A stretch of DNA of 64,000 bases from Entomortierella parvispora E1425 (lineage: Eukaryota > Fungi > Mortierellomycota), in contig BQFW01000008.1 of assembly GCA_020891255.1 (NCBI GenBank), positions 2,480,001 through 2,544,000 on the forward strand, read 5' to 3'. The notes under the pieces were generated by a model. That model ran no database searches. It saw nothing but the letters and a program-made list of their open reading frames with translations, and had not been told where the DNA came from. This document shows, piece after piece, positions 14,384 to 27,457 of this stretch. The translations under genes were made by a program, and so were the position numbers. Each line of letters starts with the position of its first letter. Position 1 is the stretch's first letter.

Positions 14384-16014
14384 AGCAACAGGAATGCAGG
14401 AATACAACATCAAATGATCCGTCCAGTGCAGACCTCTTCTTTTATCCATATTGTGAAAAATCAAATACAAGTCGAAACCATTTTGGACCGGAAACAAAAA
14501 AAAAAAAAAGGGACTCGGGTGTTTACTTCTTGGGATGGAAACGGTTTCTTTTGTTTTGTGGCGCCGAAATATCCTGTCGGTCATCGCAAGGCTCTCTCTC
14601 TCTCCTATGGGAGGGACTTTGTTCGGCGGCATAATTGTCTTTGAACAACTTTCTCAGCCCGTGGGATCCAAAAAAAAAAAAAAAAAAAAAAGGATAGTGG
14701 CGTCTGGATGTCCTACGAAAAGACAGGGCGTTTGAGTAACGGGCTTGTTATTCTTCCGAAACTTTGCACCCTCACACCACCTCTCTTTGGAAGAACAGTC
14801 TGACGCAGGAATGCCTAGGCACACCAACGCGCTTTCTCTGAATGTGTGACGCCGGTGTGTTGCAGGGTTGCAAGAGGGATTGTTTGCGCCGAGAGCTCTT
14901 TAATTGTTTGCCTGTTCATGTCTGCAGGTGATGTCCCAGACACAACAACCTGTAATAATTAAAGTGTTACGCATGGGGAAGAGAAGAGCTGGTCAGTTAT
15001 GACAGAGCACCTTTTGTCATTTCAAAGAGAACAAAAGAAGGGACAAAGGCAGAGAGAACGGAACAACAGGATCGAGACTGAATGAATAAAAAAGACTCTC
15101 ACCCTTGGACAGAAACAACATGAACAACAACAGACAATAAAAGATCTTTGACCGACCACCACCGCACAGTAACGTAGCAACAGGAGGAACCCATCATCAA
15201 GGGCCTCCGATGGCCAGGAGAACAAACAAACAACGGAACAAACGGAGAGAAGGAAGAAGAGGAGGAGCCTAGCGACTGCTGCCCTTCGAGTCCCTCGGTG
15301 CACCCTCGCCTGGGGCGCATGGGACCGGTTCTACGCACAAAACGAAAAAATTGTTCATGATCAGAAAACGGGCATCTACGCCGTGCAAGAGACAGCCAAT
15401 CAATCGAGATCAGGATAAACAACAAAAGAAAAAAAAAAAAAAAAAAAAAGTCCCCTCCCCCCCCTCCTCCTCCTTCCCCCCTCCATGTCTCTGCATTGGA
15501 CTGCATCCAACAACAAGTGAGCAAAGACAGTGGACCAGAGCAGACACACAAAAGGATCATCCCCCTCCTGGCCTCCATTCGCTCCATTCACCTCGACTCT
15601 TTTGAACAAGAAGGAAGGACAAGACGCTCAAGAGACAAAGGACAGCCCACAACACTCGACCAGAAGGAAATATTTTTTCTTCCTTCAGTTCTTTCTTTTC
15701 ATACTGCATACCGCAAGAACCCTTTCTTTCTCCTTCCCTTTCGCCCTCCTTTCCTCCCTCTCTTTTCTCTCATCCCATCCATCCATCCCATCATCCTCTC
15801 TTTCGCTTCTCACGCTCTCCCTCCGTCCCTCACAGCGCAGACAGCGTAGCTCATCACTTCATTCCCCTCTTCTCACCTGCTCTTCCCGCTGCTCCCTTCT
15901 CCCTTCCCTTTTTGACTCTTTCCCTTCTTTTCATTTGTGATCTCCATTTGCTTGCCACCAAAGCCCATCTCTCTTGGACTCTTTAGCTTTACAGTGGCGC
16001 AACAAAAAACGTTC

Positions 16015-19000
16015 ATGACTCCATCCCAGGTCGCTTCACTGCCACCCCAACCAGTCAAGGCTCTCTCGGACACGGACGCTGCCCCAGAGTCTGCCCAAGA
16101 AATGCAGCAGCCTGTGCAGGCACAGGAAACCAACCAAGGAGCCGCCGATACTCTGGAAACCATGGATCTTCAATCCAGTTTACCCTTGGATCAGGATCCC
16201 GTCCCAGAGCTGACACAACAAGGTCAGCTTGCATCGGACCCTCAGGATCAAAGTCAAGGCCAGGAAGGACTTGTGCAGGACCAACAGGCCATCGACCAAG
16301 AGATCAGTGATACCCTTGACAATACTGGAGTGGCTTCATCAGACTCGAAGGAACCAGGCTCTGATCCGTCTGCACATCATCACCATCATCAGCAACTGGA
16401 GGAAGGGGAGGAGGACCCAGCACAAAGGGAGACGGATGATTCGACCCTGGAGCAGTCTACCCCTTCCGCTCCAGTGCCCAAACAGTCTGCATGGTCCACT
16501 CTTCTTCCTGGAGTGGCTCCTATTCCAGCACCCAAACCACCTGCGCCAATGGCCGCTCCTCGGTCCACAGCAACTAAATCGGCAGAGAACATCCGTCAGC
16601 TTCATGAGCTTTACCCCATTGTATTGCCTCACGAGAGCGAGGTCAAGCTGTCCATGGAAATGATCGACTTGTTTGAGGTAAGAGACAACGACACAACCTT
16701 CAACGGCTTTTTTTTTTTTTTTAGCCCTTATTTCCTTTTTTTGTCCTGTTACCTGTGCCTCGACTCCCCGCCTCTTCTCTCGTCTGTGGAACCCAACAGG
16801 ATGGATGAGATTCTTATTCTGACGCATATCGTCGTCATGTCTGTATCCCATTGTAGAATCTTTTGCCGACAGAGGAAAGTCACGAACGCAGGACCTTGTT
16901 GATCAAGAAGATCGAGCATATTTTGCAGGTCGAGTGGCCCGGCCAGGATATCAAGGCCCATCCGTTCGGGTAATGCTTATTACAAAGGGCTGGCCAGACC
17001 GCCTTTTTCATTTTTTCAAGGTTGCTTTTGTCTTTATCAGCAGGAACGCGTACCGCTAGTCTAACCTCTTTTGATCTGGATGTACTATATTTTTTTCGAA
17101 ATCAAATAGATCCACAGTGAATGATCTTGGAACGAGCTCTAGTGATGTCGACATTTGTATTACAACCGACTGGGTGGGTCTGAAGAACGTTCAAATGTTG
17201 GCCAACGCATTTCGGAAACATGGCATGCAAAAAGTCTTTTGCGTTCCAAGGGCTAAAGTGCCCATCGTAAAGCTGTGGGATCCTGAGCTGTAAGTCTGAG
17301 AATGCGTGGAAGCTGGCCAAAGCGGTACTGTTTCTTAACCCCATCTCCCACTTTAACACATAGGCACCTCTCCTGCGACATGAACATCAACACACCACTG
17401 GGACTGATGAACACAAAAATGATCAAGACCTATGTTGCTATCGACCCCCGCGTTAGACCATTCGCCATGATTATCAAGCATTGGGCAAGGAGGAGAGTCT
17501 TGAACGACGCAGGTATGCGAATCGAGCTTTGGACAATGAGTTGCAGACAAGTCCTTCAGTCAGAGGTTTTAACCTTTTGTTTGATTTCGCCACTTGCTGT
17601 AGCCAATGGAGGAACAATATCGACATATACTTGGATTTGCATCGTCATCAACTTTTTGCAGATGAGGTCGCCACCAATTTTGCCTTCGCTTCACAAATTT
17701 CCTCATACCCTCTCTAAGGACAATCAAGTGATCAACGGTAACAACACCTCGTTCTGTGATGACCTCGAGCAATTGGAGGGCTTTGGGTTAGCAAATAAGG
17801 AGACATTAGGAGGACTTCTCTATGCCTTCTTCCGGAGGTAAGATATGAACTATGAAGACAAGATATTCCTGGTGCATCGAGTAGACTGGACCCTGGAAAA
17901 ATAACGTGGCAATTCTTTTTTTGTGATCATGGTTTTGTTACACAGATTTGCAGTAGAGTTTGACTATGACCATCATGTCATCTCTGTGCGCGAGGGATGC
18001 TACCTCACCAAGGAATCGAAAGGATGGCACCTTCCCGGAAAGCAGTACAAACTGTTTTGCGTAGAGGAACCCTTTGATACCACTCGCAATCTCGGAAATT
18101 CGTCCGACATGGCGAGTAGTAAGGGTTTGAAGGAGGAATTCCGGCGGGCTCTGGATATTCTTCACCAAAAGGTGTCTCTCAACTTGATGTGTGCGCAGTG
18201 GGTGTTCCCCCCTAGCTACTACCATACCAACAACAATACCAGAAAGAACAGCAATGGCACAGTGGCGGTGAACAACAACAGCAACAACTATGCGGCAGGA
18301 CGACGCTATGCGAATGGCTACCGGTCACATAATTACGCCTACGACGACCGAGACTATGACGATGATGATGATGAGGAGGAGGAGGAGGCTGTTCCCGAAG
18401 TCTCCGTCATGGAGACTCTCAACATTGGTACTCGACCCTCGACGAGCAAGGACCCTAATGGTAGTCGAGGAGGAAACTCTAGTCGACAGAATGGCGGTGA
18501 GAGTTCCTCGAGCAAGAACTCTCAGAGCAAGGATTCCGGGTCAAATGCAAACCGGAATCAGTCTCGTGCCAAACAGAGTAAGGGTGATAAAGAGAACGCG
18601 GGTGGAGATGGATCTCGGTCCGGATCCAATCGAAACCAATCCAAGCAGGACTCTGGGTCTGCCAGCTCCTCCAAAGGCCGACAGAAATCATCCGGCCGTG
18701 GCGATGGACAAAAAAATAACCGCGGCGGCAGTGGCAGTAATAGCGGTCGGGCACCTCGAGCAGCTGTGGAATTTAGTTTGGCAGACATTGCCAATGTGGT
18801 CCCAAAGTTGATGTCCGCGGCTGCAAAGTCGGATCAAGATCAGACCCAGAAAGGCAACGGCTCTAACAGTCAGACTGGCTCTGGAGAGGATGGATCCGGT
18901 AGCAAGAACAAGAGGAAAGGTGGCAAGAAGAACGTATATGTCCTTTCGACCAACTCTAACCGAGGCGATTCTTCAAGGCGGCAACCTGCCGCCAAGGTAG

Positions 19001-19092
19001 AGGTAGCAGAGGACCAGGAGAAGGCCAACAAGGTGATATTTGTTGAAGCCTCGGAAGAGGATCAGTCTGGGACGAGCACGCCACCAGTGTAG
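16015..19092 (+). CDS. Cid1/Cid13/CutA-family non-canonical RNA nucleotidyltransferase (Pol-beta NTase plus PAP-associated domain); 6 exons
   Basis: PFGS|TVNDLGTSSSDVD catalytic motif, VPIVKLWDP, CDMNINTPLG, IKHWARRRVLND, GGTISTYTW and CVEEPFDTTRNLGN; low-complexity N- and C-termini. Confidence 0.9.
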
Positions 19093-19593
19093 CGATCTTG
19101 AGACCGACCTTTTTCTAGCATCTGAAAGGACCTGAAAATCACGATACTCTTTCTTTCTGGTTTTTTTTTTATCCCCTTTCACACATCTCTTCCCTGCCGA
19201 CCCTCCAGCATACCTTTCCCTTTTTCTTTTAATTAGCTCCGCATTCGTTTTTTCAATCTTTCTATCTCTCTCTGTCTCTCTCTTTCTCATTTCTGCAGTT
19301 GAACCTCTTGTAAAATTCCCGTCAATGCTTGCACAGTTTATCTCCACATTTCTTTACTCCCCTCTCTCTCTCTCCCTCTCCCTTTCTCCTAAAGGAAGCT
19401 AGAGCAGTCTTTCACACATTTTTGCGTTTTGACAGACCGCTCTTTTTTTTTCCTCCATGACCCAAAAACAAGAAAGCTTTAAAGGCAGTCCCCCCTTTCT
19501 TTTCTGCCCACATTTTAAAATAAAAAAAAAGTACAAAAGAGCGAGTTTTTTTTTTTTTTTTTTTTTTTTAATGAATGTCGATGAGCAAGCGAC

Positions 19594-20552
19594 TCAGAGA
19601 TTCTGGAGATGACGCACCAGACACTCGTGGAGATATTCGCTTAGCTGAAAGAGTCCATGGCTACTGACGATGCGATGGGAGGGCATTCTCTGATAAGTAG
19701 AAGACTGGATGACACCGTCAACAATTTGTACACTGCCAAAGATGTCTTCCGGCAGAGGAATTCTAGAAATAGTTGGAAGGAATGGGCGTGTCAACTTTAC
19801 AAGACTCCATAGATCCGACAGAGCCACAATTCAATGCCTTTCCCGCCATTTTTTTTTTCCCGTGGATCTCACCTTCCATAAGGAGCGGGATTCCTGTAGT
19901 CTGCAATATGAGTCCAGCTACGACAACACAAGAAAAAAGATTTTAGTAGTTGTTGTTGTTGAGTTTTCTTTTGATTGAGTTTTGTGTGAAAGAGGGGATT
20001 TTCGATAGAGGCTTGCTTTTACCCTTCAAGCTGTTGCTGCAAGATCATTTGAACCATGGGATCCTTCTCGAGATTAGCCTGGATCACGGTATGGAGGACG
20101 GTGTTGAAGGCCTCGTTCTCTGTGAACTTGTTGGGTTTGACCTGCAGTTCCGAGTGGGAGGTCTCTGGATGGTGGCTCAGGTAGCCAACGATCTGACGGT
20201 TGTGTTTCGGGAACGAGGGCAGGAAGGACAGGGCGTAATTGGAATGAAGGTTGGATTTGGAAGAGGAGGCACTCTGAGGGGGTCGGGGCTGGGAGGCAGT
20301 GGCGGGGAGAACAGACGAGGCATTGTCGGAGGGGATGAGGTGGAAATAAAGAGGGAAAGGGTAAGAGGCGTCGCGGATGACGCGTTGCTGCAGAGTGGAT
20401 TGGAAACGCGTTTGGGTGGTGCAAGGAACAGAAGGGGAAGAGAGCCTGGCAGCGCGGAATCCCGAGGTGGCGGCGGCGGCGAGCAATGAGGACGGCGCGG
20501 GGTTCACTCTGCAGAGGTGGGCGGAAAGAGTTGCTCTTGCGGTGGAAAACAT
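19594..20552 (-). CDS. Uncharacterised conserved fungal protein with predicted mitochondrial presequence; 3 exons
   Basis: Arg/Ser/Ala-rich N-terminus; spliced core QLEG|WTHIADYRNPAPYGR|IPLPEDIFGSVQIVDG...YQRMPSHRIVSSHGLFQLSEYLHECL; canonical splice sites keep the frame. Confidence 0.75.
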
Positions 20553-20875
20553 TATGAGCGGGAGAAAGGAATGAAAGGCAGATTGATGTTGATGAATTGG
20601 GCAAAAGGAAGGAAGAGGAAGGACGGAAGGAAGGAAGGAGATCAGTGAAGGGACAAAAAATCGCCATGATGGTCAAGGTCATGTGACTATTTCCTTACGC
20701 GTGTGAACTGCATTGCTGCCAGCACTGGATGGTGGCAGCGGCAGTACACTACACACGGCCAGCGCAACAGTACGTGTGCACGGGACAAAAAGAGAGACGA
20801 TAAAAGTTTTCCCCTGTGCGCTGTTTTGATTTTGGTTCCTTCTCTACTCTTGCCTCAAAAGAACCAACCTCGAAG

Positions 20876-21520
20876 ATGGAAGCACCCAATGTCACCCAGG
20901 AGACCTACTCTCCTCGCAAGTGGTATGTCTCTTTCGTTGTTCTTTTCTTTTTTATGCGAATGAGGCAACTCTCTTTCTCATCTCCTTCTCAGAGGGGACC
21001 GGACCAACCCAAGAAGGTTCCGGGTTGGAACCCAGCTGGCTCTGTTTCTGGAGAGTGAAGAGGGGAATGTCTGCATGATTGCTCGCTCATCGTAGCCTTT
21101 TTAGCAACACGAATGGTTGAACCTGTTGACTAACAGAGTGCCTATTGTCTCATTCATCATTCCAGTTCGGCCACCAACCGTCTGATTTCCTCCAAGGACC
21201 ATGCCTCGGTCCAGATTAACATTGGCGACATTGACGCCCATGGCAAGTACACTGGCACCTTCAAGACCTACGCCCTCTGCGGCTACGTTCGTGCTCAAAG
21301 CGAGGCTGACGATTCTTTGAACCGTCTTGCCACTCGCGATGGCTGTAAGTGTTTTTTTTTTTTTTTTGTTGCAACCGGGTCTCAGGCACCACAAGCTTTT
21401 CTTGCCTCTATCCGCCATTCATCAATTGACATCCATCTTTCTCTTTCTTTATCATTGCTATCCTTCCCCCCGCTTTCTCTTTCTTTAGTGCTCTCAATGG
21501 TCTGGAGCTACCAAAAGTAG
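20876..21520 (+). CDS. RPS21: 40S ribosomal protein S21 (eS21); 3 exons (20876-20922, 21166-21344, 21489-21520)
   Basis: PRKC|[26 protein letters not shown]...[25 protein letters not shown]|[10 protein letters not shown]. Confidence 0.95.
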
Positions 21521-22028
21521 AGGCCCCCCTCTCGCTCTACTTGGCCCCTGTCCTCCCCAAACTGGATTCCTCGAGATTTTTTTTCGGCGATAACACACTG
21601 GAGACGATTGAAAGGCAGTTTTTTTGTTTGACCAGTTTTTAGTATTCAAGATACCTTGGGAGACTCTCAGGATTGAAAATAAATAAAAAAAAGTCAAGTG
21701 AAAGCCAACCCCATCTCTTTTTATCTCTATTTTTTTTTTCTTTGGCTTTTTATTCTGACAAAGTGGGGATGGCGAAAGAAACAGTGTTAGATAAAAGAGG
21801 TGAGGAAGGAGATGGTATCGTGGGTCATGCTTTGGAGCTCTTGCTCAGAAGCGTGGCCGCGTGAGGAAAGAGTGCAAGAGAGAGCTGAGAAACGGACTTG
21901 ACATTCTACGCCGAAAGTGAAGGGAGTATGGTACAGTACAGTGAGTGAATTTTTTCTATGGGACCTTATTTTTTTTTTTCCTTGCTAGGTGTCTTCTTGT
22001 GAGTGAAAGGCTTGCTGCTTAATCCTTG

Positions 22029-22465
22029 TTACGCGCCTATTGTCCTGAACTTGTAATGATGCTGCAAGAACCGAGTCCAGACTATGAGAAAAAACGAGAA
22101 CAAGTTAGAGAACTGGCTTGTCCCTGAAAGATATAAAAAAATAAAAAAATGACGAGAAAAAAGATGAGTGCAAGCACTCCCTGCTTACTCCAATACGAGA
22201 CTTTCTTGCCGATCCAACGACCGACAAAGGGGAAAATGACGATGGCAAAGAGTTGACGGCCTTGTTCCATATTCTCGTCCCATTCCTTTTGGATATCGCG
22301 CGTGGAGGTGGAGGAGGTGGTGGAGAACTCTGAAAAGTCAGAGTCGCCGTCGATAGAGTCAATGTCGGAGAGCTGCTCGTCAATGTCCCATATCCGTTGA
22401 GAGAGCGTGTCTTTGGCAGCGACGGGATCAATGTAGCCGTCCGCGGTGGTAGGGAGAGCGTCCAT
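22029..22465 (-). CDS. MIM2: Mitochondrial import protein Mim2-like; 2 exons
   Basis: Acidic N-terminus, then QKEWDENMEQGRQLFAIVIFPFVGRWIGKKVSYW|IWTRFLQHHYKFRTIGA*; the intron has a CTAAC branch point and a TAG acceptor at 22082. Confidence 0.75.
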
Positions 22466-22768
22466 GGGATGAAGTGAAGTTGTGGTGAAGTGAATAATGA
22501 AGTGAACCGCGATTTGGTCCCCCTGCAGACAGACTGAACCCCGACTTGCATGCATCGAGCGACACATGCAAGTCAGACCGCGGGCGGCCTTTTGGCCACC
22601 ATTCTCGTGACGTCATGTGTAGATGTGATTGACGCACATGCTGCGAGGGAGATCCCTCCAGCGTGCGCGCCATTGTCCCACTGGAGCCAGCCGTGTCCTG
22701 TGGACGGAGAAGGAAGGCTCTTTGCCAGTGGTATCTCGTCGCCTGGTCTGTCTCGTCCGTCTTTCTGT

Positions 22769-22900
22769 CCATCCGTCCATCCATCCATCCATCCGTGTCT
22801 GTCGGTGGGTCTGTCTTTATTCCTTCGTTCGTTCATTCCTTCCCTCCTCCCTTCCTTCGCTCCTTCTTGTCCTTCACTCGCTCTGCTCTGCTCTGCTCTG
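22769..22900. repeat. Microsatellites (CCAT)n and (CTCTG)4 in the MIM2-PAT1 divergent intergenic region
   Basis: Directly visible tandem units. Confidence 0.8.
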
Positions 22901-23028
22901 CTTTGCCTTGCTCTCTCTAGGGAACACACAGATAAACACTGGACCCCTCCCCCTTCAAGAAATTCTTTCCTTCCTTTTCTTTTCTTTCCTTTCTTTGGCT
23001 CCTAGTCTCCCACCCCAACAATCAACCA

Positions 23029-26000
23029 ATGGCCGACTTTTTCGGCTTCAACACGGCCATGCCTGGTCGACAGGGCGGCAGAGTCGCCCTCAATCTGGAG
23101 GAACAGCAGGAACTCGACCGTCAGGTCCAAAAGTACGCCCTCGAGACCGGCGAGGACTTTGAGATTTACGACTATGGCGAGACCTACGACAATCTGGCCG
23201 ATGATCTCGAGGAGACCAGAGATGACCTCAACGACGAGACCTTTGGCGATGTTCAGCGCGATGAAGGCAAGTATCTTGCTTTGTTTATGGTCGTCCATCT
23301 CAAGGAGGGAATACACCGTCCATTCGTCATTCAGTCAAACGTCTATCCATCCTCTTGATTCCCTCTTTGATTGACATGTCATCAAGAAATGCCTCTAATC
23401 TTTTTGGAATCTCCCTTCCTTTACGCTACGCGCTTTCCCAGGCACCGACTTTGACTTTGCAAGAAACACTCGTCAGGTCGCCCCTGCCCTCAAGAAGGAA
23501 GAGGAGCTCTACATCCAGCAGAACGACATTGCTGGTACGTGCCTATACTATCACCCAACTTTTTCGATGGAGCAACAGGAGACAAATGACGCTGGACTGT
23601 CATAATCTGAGGACGCACTGTTCCCGCCCTTCTTTCAGATCCACTAACAGATAGCACCATTCTTGTTTACAGCAGGTGGTCGCCGTTCGTCTTTTGCCTC
23701 GCTTTGGGAGAATGATGCCGCAGGACAGCAGGACAACTTCAACAAGGGTCTTCCTGAGGTAACCAACTGATACCAGCATGGGATCTGTCCACCAGCAGGA
23801 AAGAACGAATCATGATCAGCACAAACTGGATAACTGTATACTCACCCTGCTCCATTTTTGGGATTCTAGCCTTCTCATGCCGCATCTTCGATCTGGGGCT
23901 CTTTCAGCAACACGACTGCAAAAGGTAGGACAATTCTCTACTACTGCCCGTTTTGTAATCCAAAATTGATGCGTTGACCCCTCGATCCACCGTGCTAATG
24001 CATCCCGATCGACTTTGTTCAAATGTTTATTTTGGAAAAAAAAAATAGTCCAGGATCCAGTCTTTGGTGTTGGTACCTTTCTTTCTCGCAACACTGGATT
24101 TGGCAACAACCAGCCTAGCTTGGAGGAGATTGAGGCTCAGCTTTCGAGAACTGCTGGTGGTCAAGCCCATATGCAGATGCCCAGTCAGCAGGAACGCAAG
24201 ATGATGAGCTTGGAGGAAGTTGAGGCTGCGCTCTTGAACATTAACGGCGGTCGTCCCATCTACTCGGAGGCCATGATTGCGGAGCAGCAGGCTAAGCAAG
24301 CTAGATTGGAGCAGCGTCGTGCAGAGAGAATGGCCAAGCAAGCAGAGATCGTAAGAAAACAGAAAAAGGACACTCAGCCCACTCAATACTGCGGCTATCG
24401 CATTGCAGGACTAACGCGTTTCGCATTTGAACCACCCTTATTTATTTCTGAAGGCCAAGCACAATGGATTGATGACTCAGGGCGACAAGGACTTTATCAA
24501 CCGTATCCAAATCTCGCAGTTGGTGACCGATGACCCTTATGCAGACGACTTTTACTGCCAGGTTTACACCGCTCTTCGTAACAGACATTTGCAGCAGATG
24601 GGCGTCCCCAGCAACTCGATGGGCGGCGATGCAAACGGACAGAACGACAACAACAGGCGTCGTGGAGGAAACGGTCGCACGGAGCAACGCATTCAACAGC
24701 AGGTGCAAAAGATTGTCAGTGATGCCAAGCGCAACCCTAAGCGCACCAATGTCACTGTCGAGGGAGCTCTTGGAAAGATCGCTGTCAACTCGGTTTTGAA
24801 CCCTCGCCAGCTTTTGCAGGTCTCCAAGCGTGGCGCCAACGAGGCGTCCGGTGGAAACTCGCCAAAGACCTCCTCCCCTGGACCCGTCAGCACAAAGTCT
24901 CATACTGTCTTGGGATGGATTGAAAACGTTTATACCTATGTTTTGGCCTTGGAGCAGAAACGTCGCCAGCAGCCACCTCCTCCCAGGATGGGCGAGGAAG
25001 AGCTTGCAAGAGAGGCGATCCAACGCTGGAACGAGGAATACGGCATCTTGGCCCGCAAGATGTGGGATGAGCTTCGAATCACTGTCCCTATTGGCATTGT
25101 GTAAGATATCATGAAAATTTTTATTTGATTCGATAATGAATCCCAGGGGCACTTTGATACTTACTCTCTCTCCCTCTTCTCTGTTAGTCACCCTCACCCC
25201 TTCATCTCCATTTTGAACTACTCCAAGGGCAAAAAGGTTATCCCCCGTGTTCTCCGCCACTTGTTGCCTGAGCAGACATTGACCCTCTTGACTATGCTTG
25301 TGGCCAATTTCGAGTCGCTGAACGTATGCAAAGCTGAGGTATACGCCGATGTTCAGGGCAACCAGGAAATCGAGCTGTTCATGAACACAATTGTGCCTCC
25401 ACTGCTTGGATTCGTGTCTGAAACTCCCTTCAGAATCGTTGTTGGTCTCTTGGCACTGTTTATCGAACGTAATAATATGATCTGGGTAGCCAGAAGCAAG
25501 GTATGAGATCTTGACATGCCATGGATATTGGAATCAGATCGATTTTGAGCTGGACTAACCAACCCTCTGTTTCTCAATATAGCCCGGCCTGGCTTTCTTG
25601 ACCCTCTTCTTGAGCCGCGCTGAGATTCTCAAGCAAGGACAAGGAAACTACCCTATCCCCGACGAGCGTGAAGTCAACCAATGGTGCGTACTACTTTGTG
25701 ATTGGAACAAAAGGACCCATTAGACGGTCAAATTCTAAACCCTTTTCTCTCCTGTCTGTGTATTTTTTTCAGGAATGAGCTTTACAACCGCCTTTTCAGC
25801 CAACTCCAGACTCAGTTCTCTGCCTTGTTCATGCCCAAGGCAACTATGACGGAGGATGTACATGTGTGGCGATTCTTGGCTGCGATGGCAGTGGGCGCAT
25901 CTGTGGATCAACAGCACGTCTTGGTGACCGAAGTGCGTGAACAGGTTCTGGAGAACGTCATTGCGGCCCAGGCTACACGATCGGCACCTGAAAAGGCAGC

Positions 26001-26079
26001 ACAAAGGATTGCCAACGTCAACTTGTTCCTGCATGCTTTGGGTTTGGATGCATCCCAGGTCTCGGTCCCTGCCATGTAG
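23029..26079 (+). CDS. PAT1: mRNA decapping activator Pat1; about 9 exons, first intron GC-AG
   Basis: MADFFGFNT...DDLNDETFG N-terminal motif, G|TDFDF, MSLEEVEAAL, GLMTQGDKDFINRIQISQLVTDDPYADDFYCQVY, HPFISILNYSKGKKVIPRVLRHL and C-terminal NVNLFLHALGLD. Confidence 0.92.
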
Positions 26080-26783
26080 ACGATGTCTCTTACATCTGGT
26101 TTCATTGCGACTTATTTTTTCAGCAAAAAGAAACCTATTCCCATCCCTCTTCTCAAACAGGAGTTGCACTCTCCGAGGCATAGTAGTGTCGAAAAGTGTC
26201 GAACAACAACAAAAACTAAAAAGTAAAAGAAAAAAAAATGATAACATGTTGCAAAAAACAAAACAAAACAAGGTTCGCTTGACTTTACTTTGTGAGTGTC
26301 TCCACATTCTACTTTTCAGTTTTTGACCTCACCCCCTTGACCCCTTGATCTACCGCCTTCCTCTACACAGGCCCCTTGATATTCTATGGATCTCCTGCGT
26401 CTCCGCTGTATTTCCTCTCTTTTGGAGTTTCAGTACTCGCCTATCTTTTCAATTTTCCTGACGTTCTCTGCGATCTATCCTTACCATCAGAATACTCGTG
26501 ATGACACCATATCCTAGATCGCTACAGGCGTACTTCGGAACTTTTTTTTCAACTTTGTTTTTTTCTGTTTTTTTTTCTTTTGGACCTGGTTCCTCCTTCC
26601 TCACCACGCGAGGCACAGATGAGTTTCCAACCTTTATAAACAACAGGTTGATGATGTCAACCAACTTTTGATTTTTTTTTTTATTTTGTTCCTTACACAA
26701 TCTTGCCACGAATACCTCCTTTGCATCCCACATTATTAACCAACTACGAAAGAAGCAAGCCTGTCCATTCTCCCATCGACGAA

Positions 26784-26999
26784 ATGCGTCCAGTCTGTAG
26801 ATCGTTCTTCCATGTCTTATTCGCGGCTGTTGCCCTGTCAGTGGCCCTCTCCATGCTTCGAGCCATCGAAGCTCTGCCGCGGCATGCCTCTAGTTTGCGC
26901 CGTCGCGAGTCCGACAGGGGTCCCCACTGGTGCAAGAATGTCGAATTTGACCAAAGAAGGGGGGTCATGACCGTCGAAGAGGTGCCCTGTGATAGGTGA
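26784..26999 (+). CDS. Putative small secreted peptide precursor (71 aa; signal peptide, polybasic site, 2-Cys mature peptide)
   Basis: MRPVCRSFFHVLFAAVALSVALSMLRAIEA|LPRHASSLRRR|ESDRGPHWCKNVEFDQRRGVMTVEEVPCDR*; TATAAA at 26635-26640 upstream; AT-rich AATATA/ATAAAA tract at about 27066-27080 downstream. Confidence 0.6.
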   Translation: MRPVCRSFFHVLFAAVALSVALSMLRAIEALPRHASSLRRRESDRGPHWCKNVEFDQRRGVMTVEEVPCDR

Positions 27000-27457
27000 A
27001 GGGACGGAGGGACCACATCGCGTAAACATGCCTTGATGACCGTGATTCCAAGGCCTAGGTTAGAAAAATATAAATATAAAATCTGCGAAACCCCTTGAGC
27101 CTCATACAAAATAGATACACCGTGCCATGTGCTTAAAAACAGCCAGGGATAATAACAAATTGAGAAGTGAACAGAGCGCGCCTGCGAGGCTTGTTTTCAG
27201 AAGCAACACGCCTTGACGAGTCAAGGGAGGCTCTGACTGATTCAAAACCACAAGCATTTCGTCGTCTCAGTTGTGTCCTGTGGACAGAGCATTCAATGGA
27301 TGGCAAGAGTCAGATCATAGAGCCGTGGTGTAATGTAATACTATATTTTTCTACTCGGTTTAGATGATAGTGAGATGGTGAGAACCATGGGCAAGCAGCA
27401 GAGGGCTCTCTATGAAAAGTTACATCTAGGCCCGTGTCAAAATCAAATGTGTTGGCT

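Noticed and set aside
15022-15303. ORF with a signal-peptide-like hydrophobic start
   Set aside because: GTG start, and the hydrophobicity simply reflects the GA-rich low-complexity opposite strand.
20682-20689. Homol-D-like motif (TGTGACTA) upstream of RPS21, and GTGACTG at 43772 upstream of UTP22
   Set aside because: Imperfect 7-8-mers with no equivalent match upstream of RPS1; insufficient evidence.
16015-26079. Proximity of mRNA-decay genes (Cid1-family enzyme and PAT1) as a functional cluster
   Set aside because: They are separated by unrelated genes, and such housekeeping genes are not normally clustered in fungi; likely coincidence.
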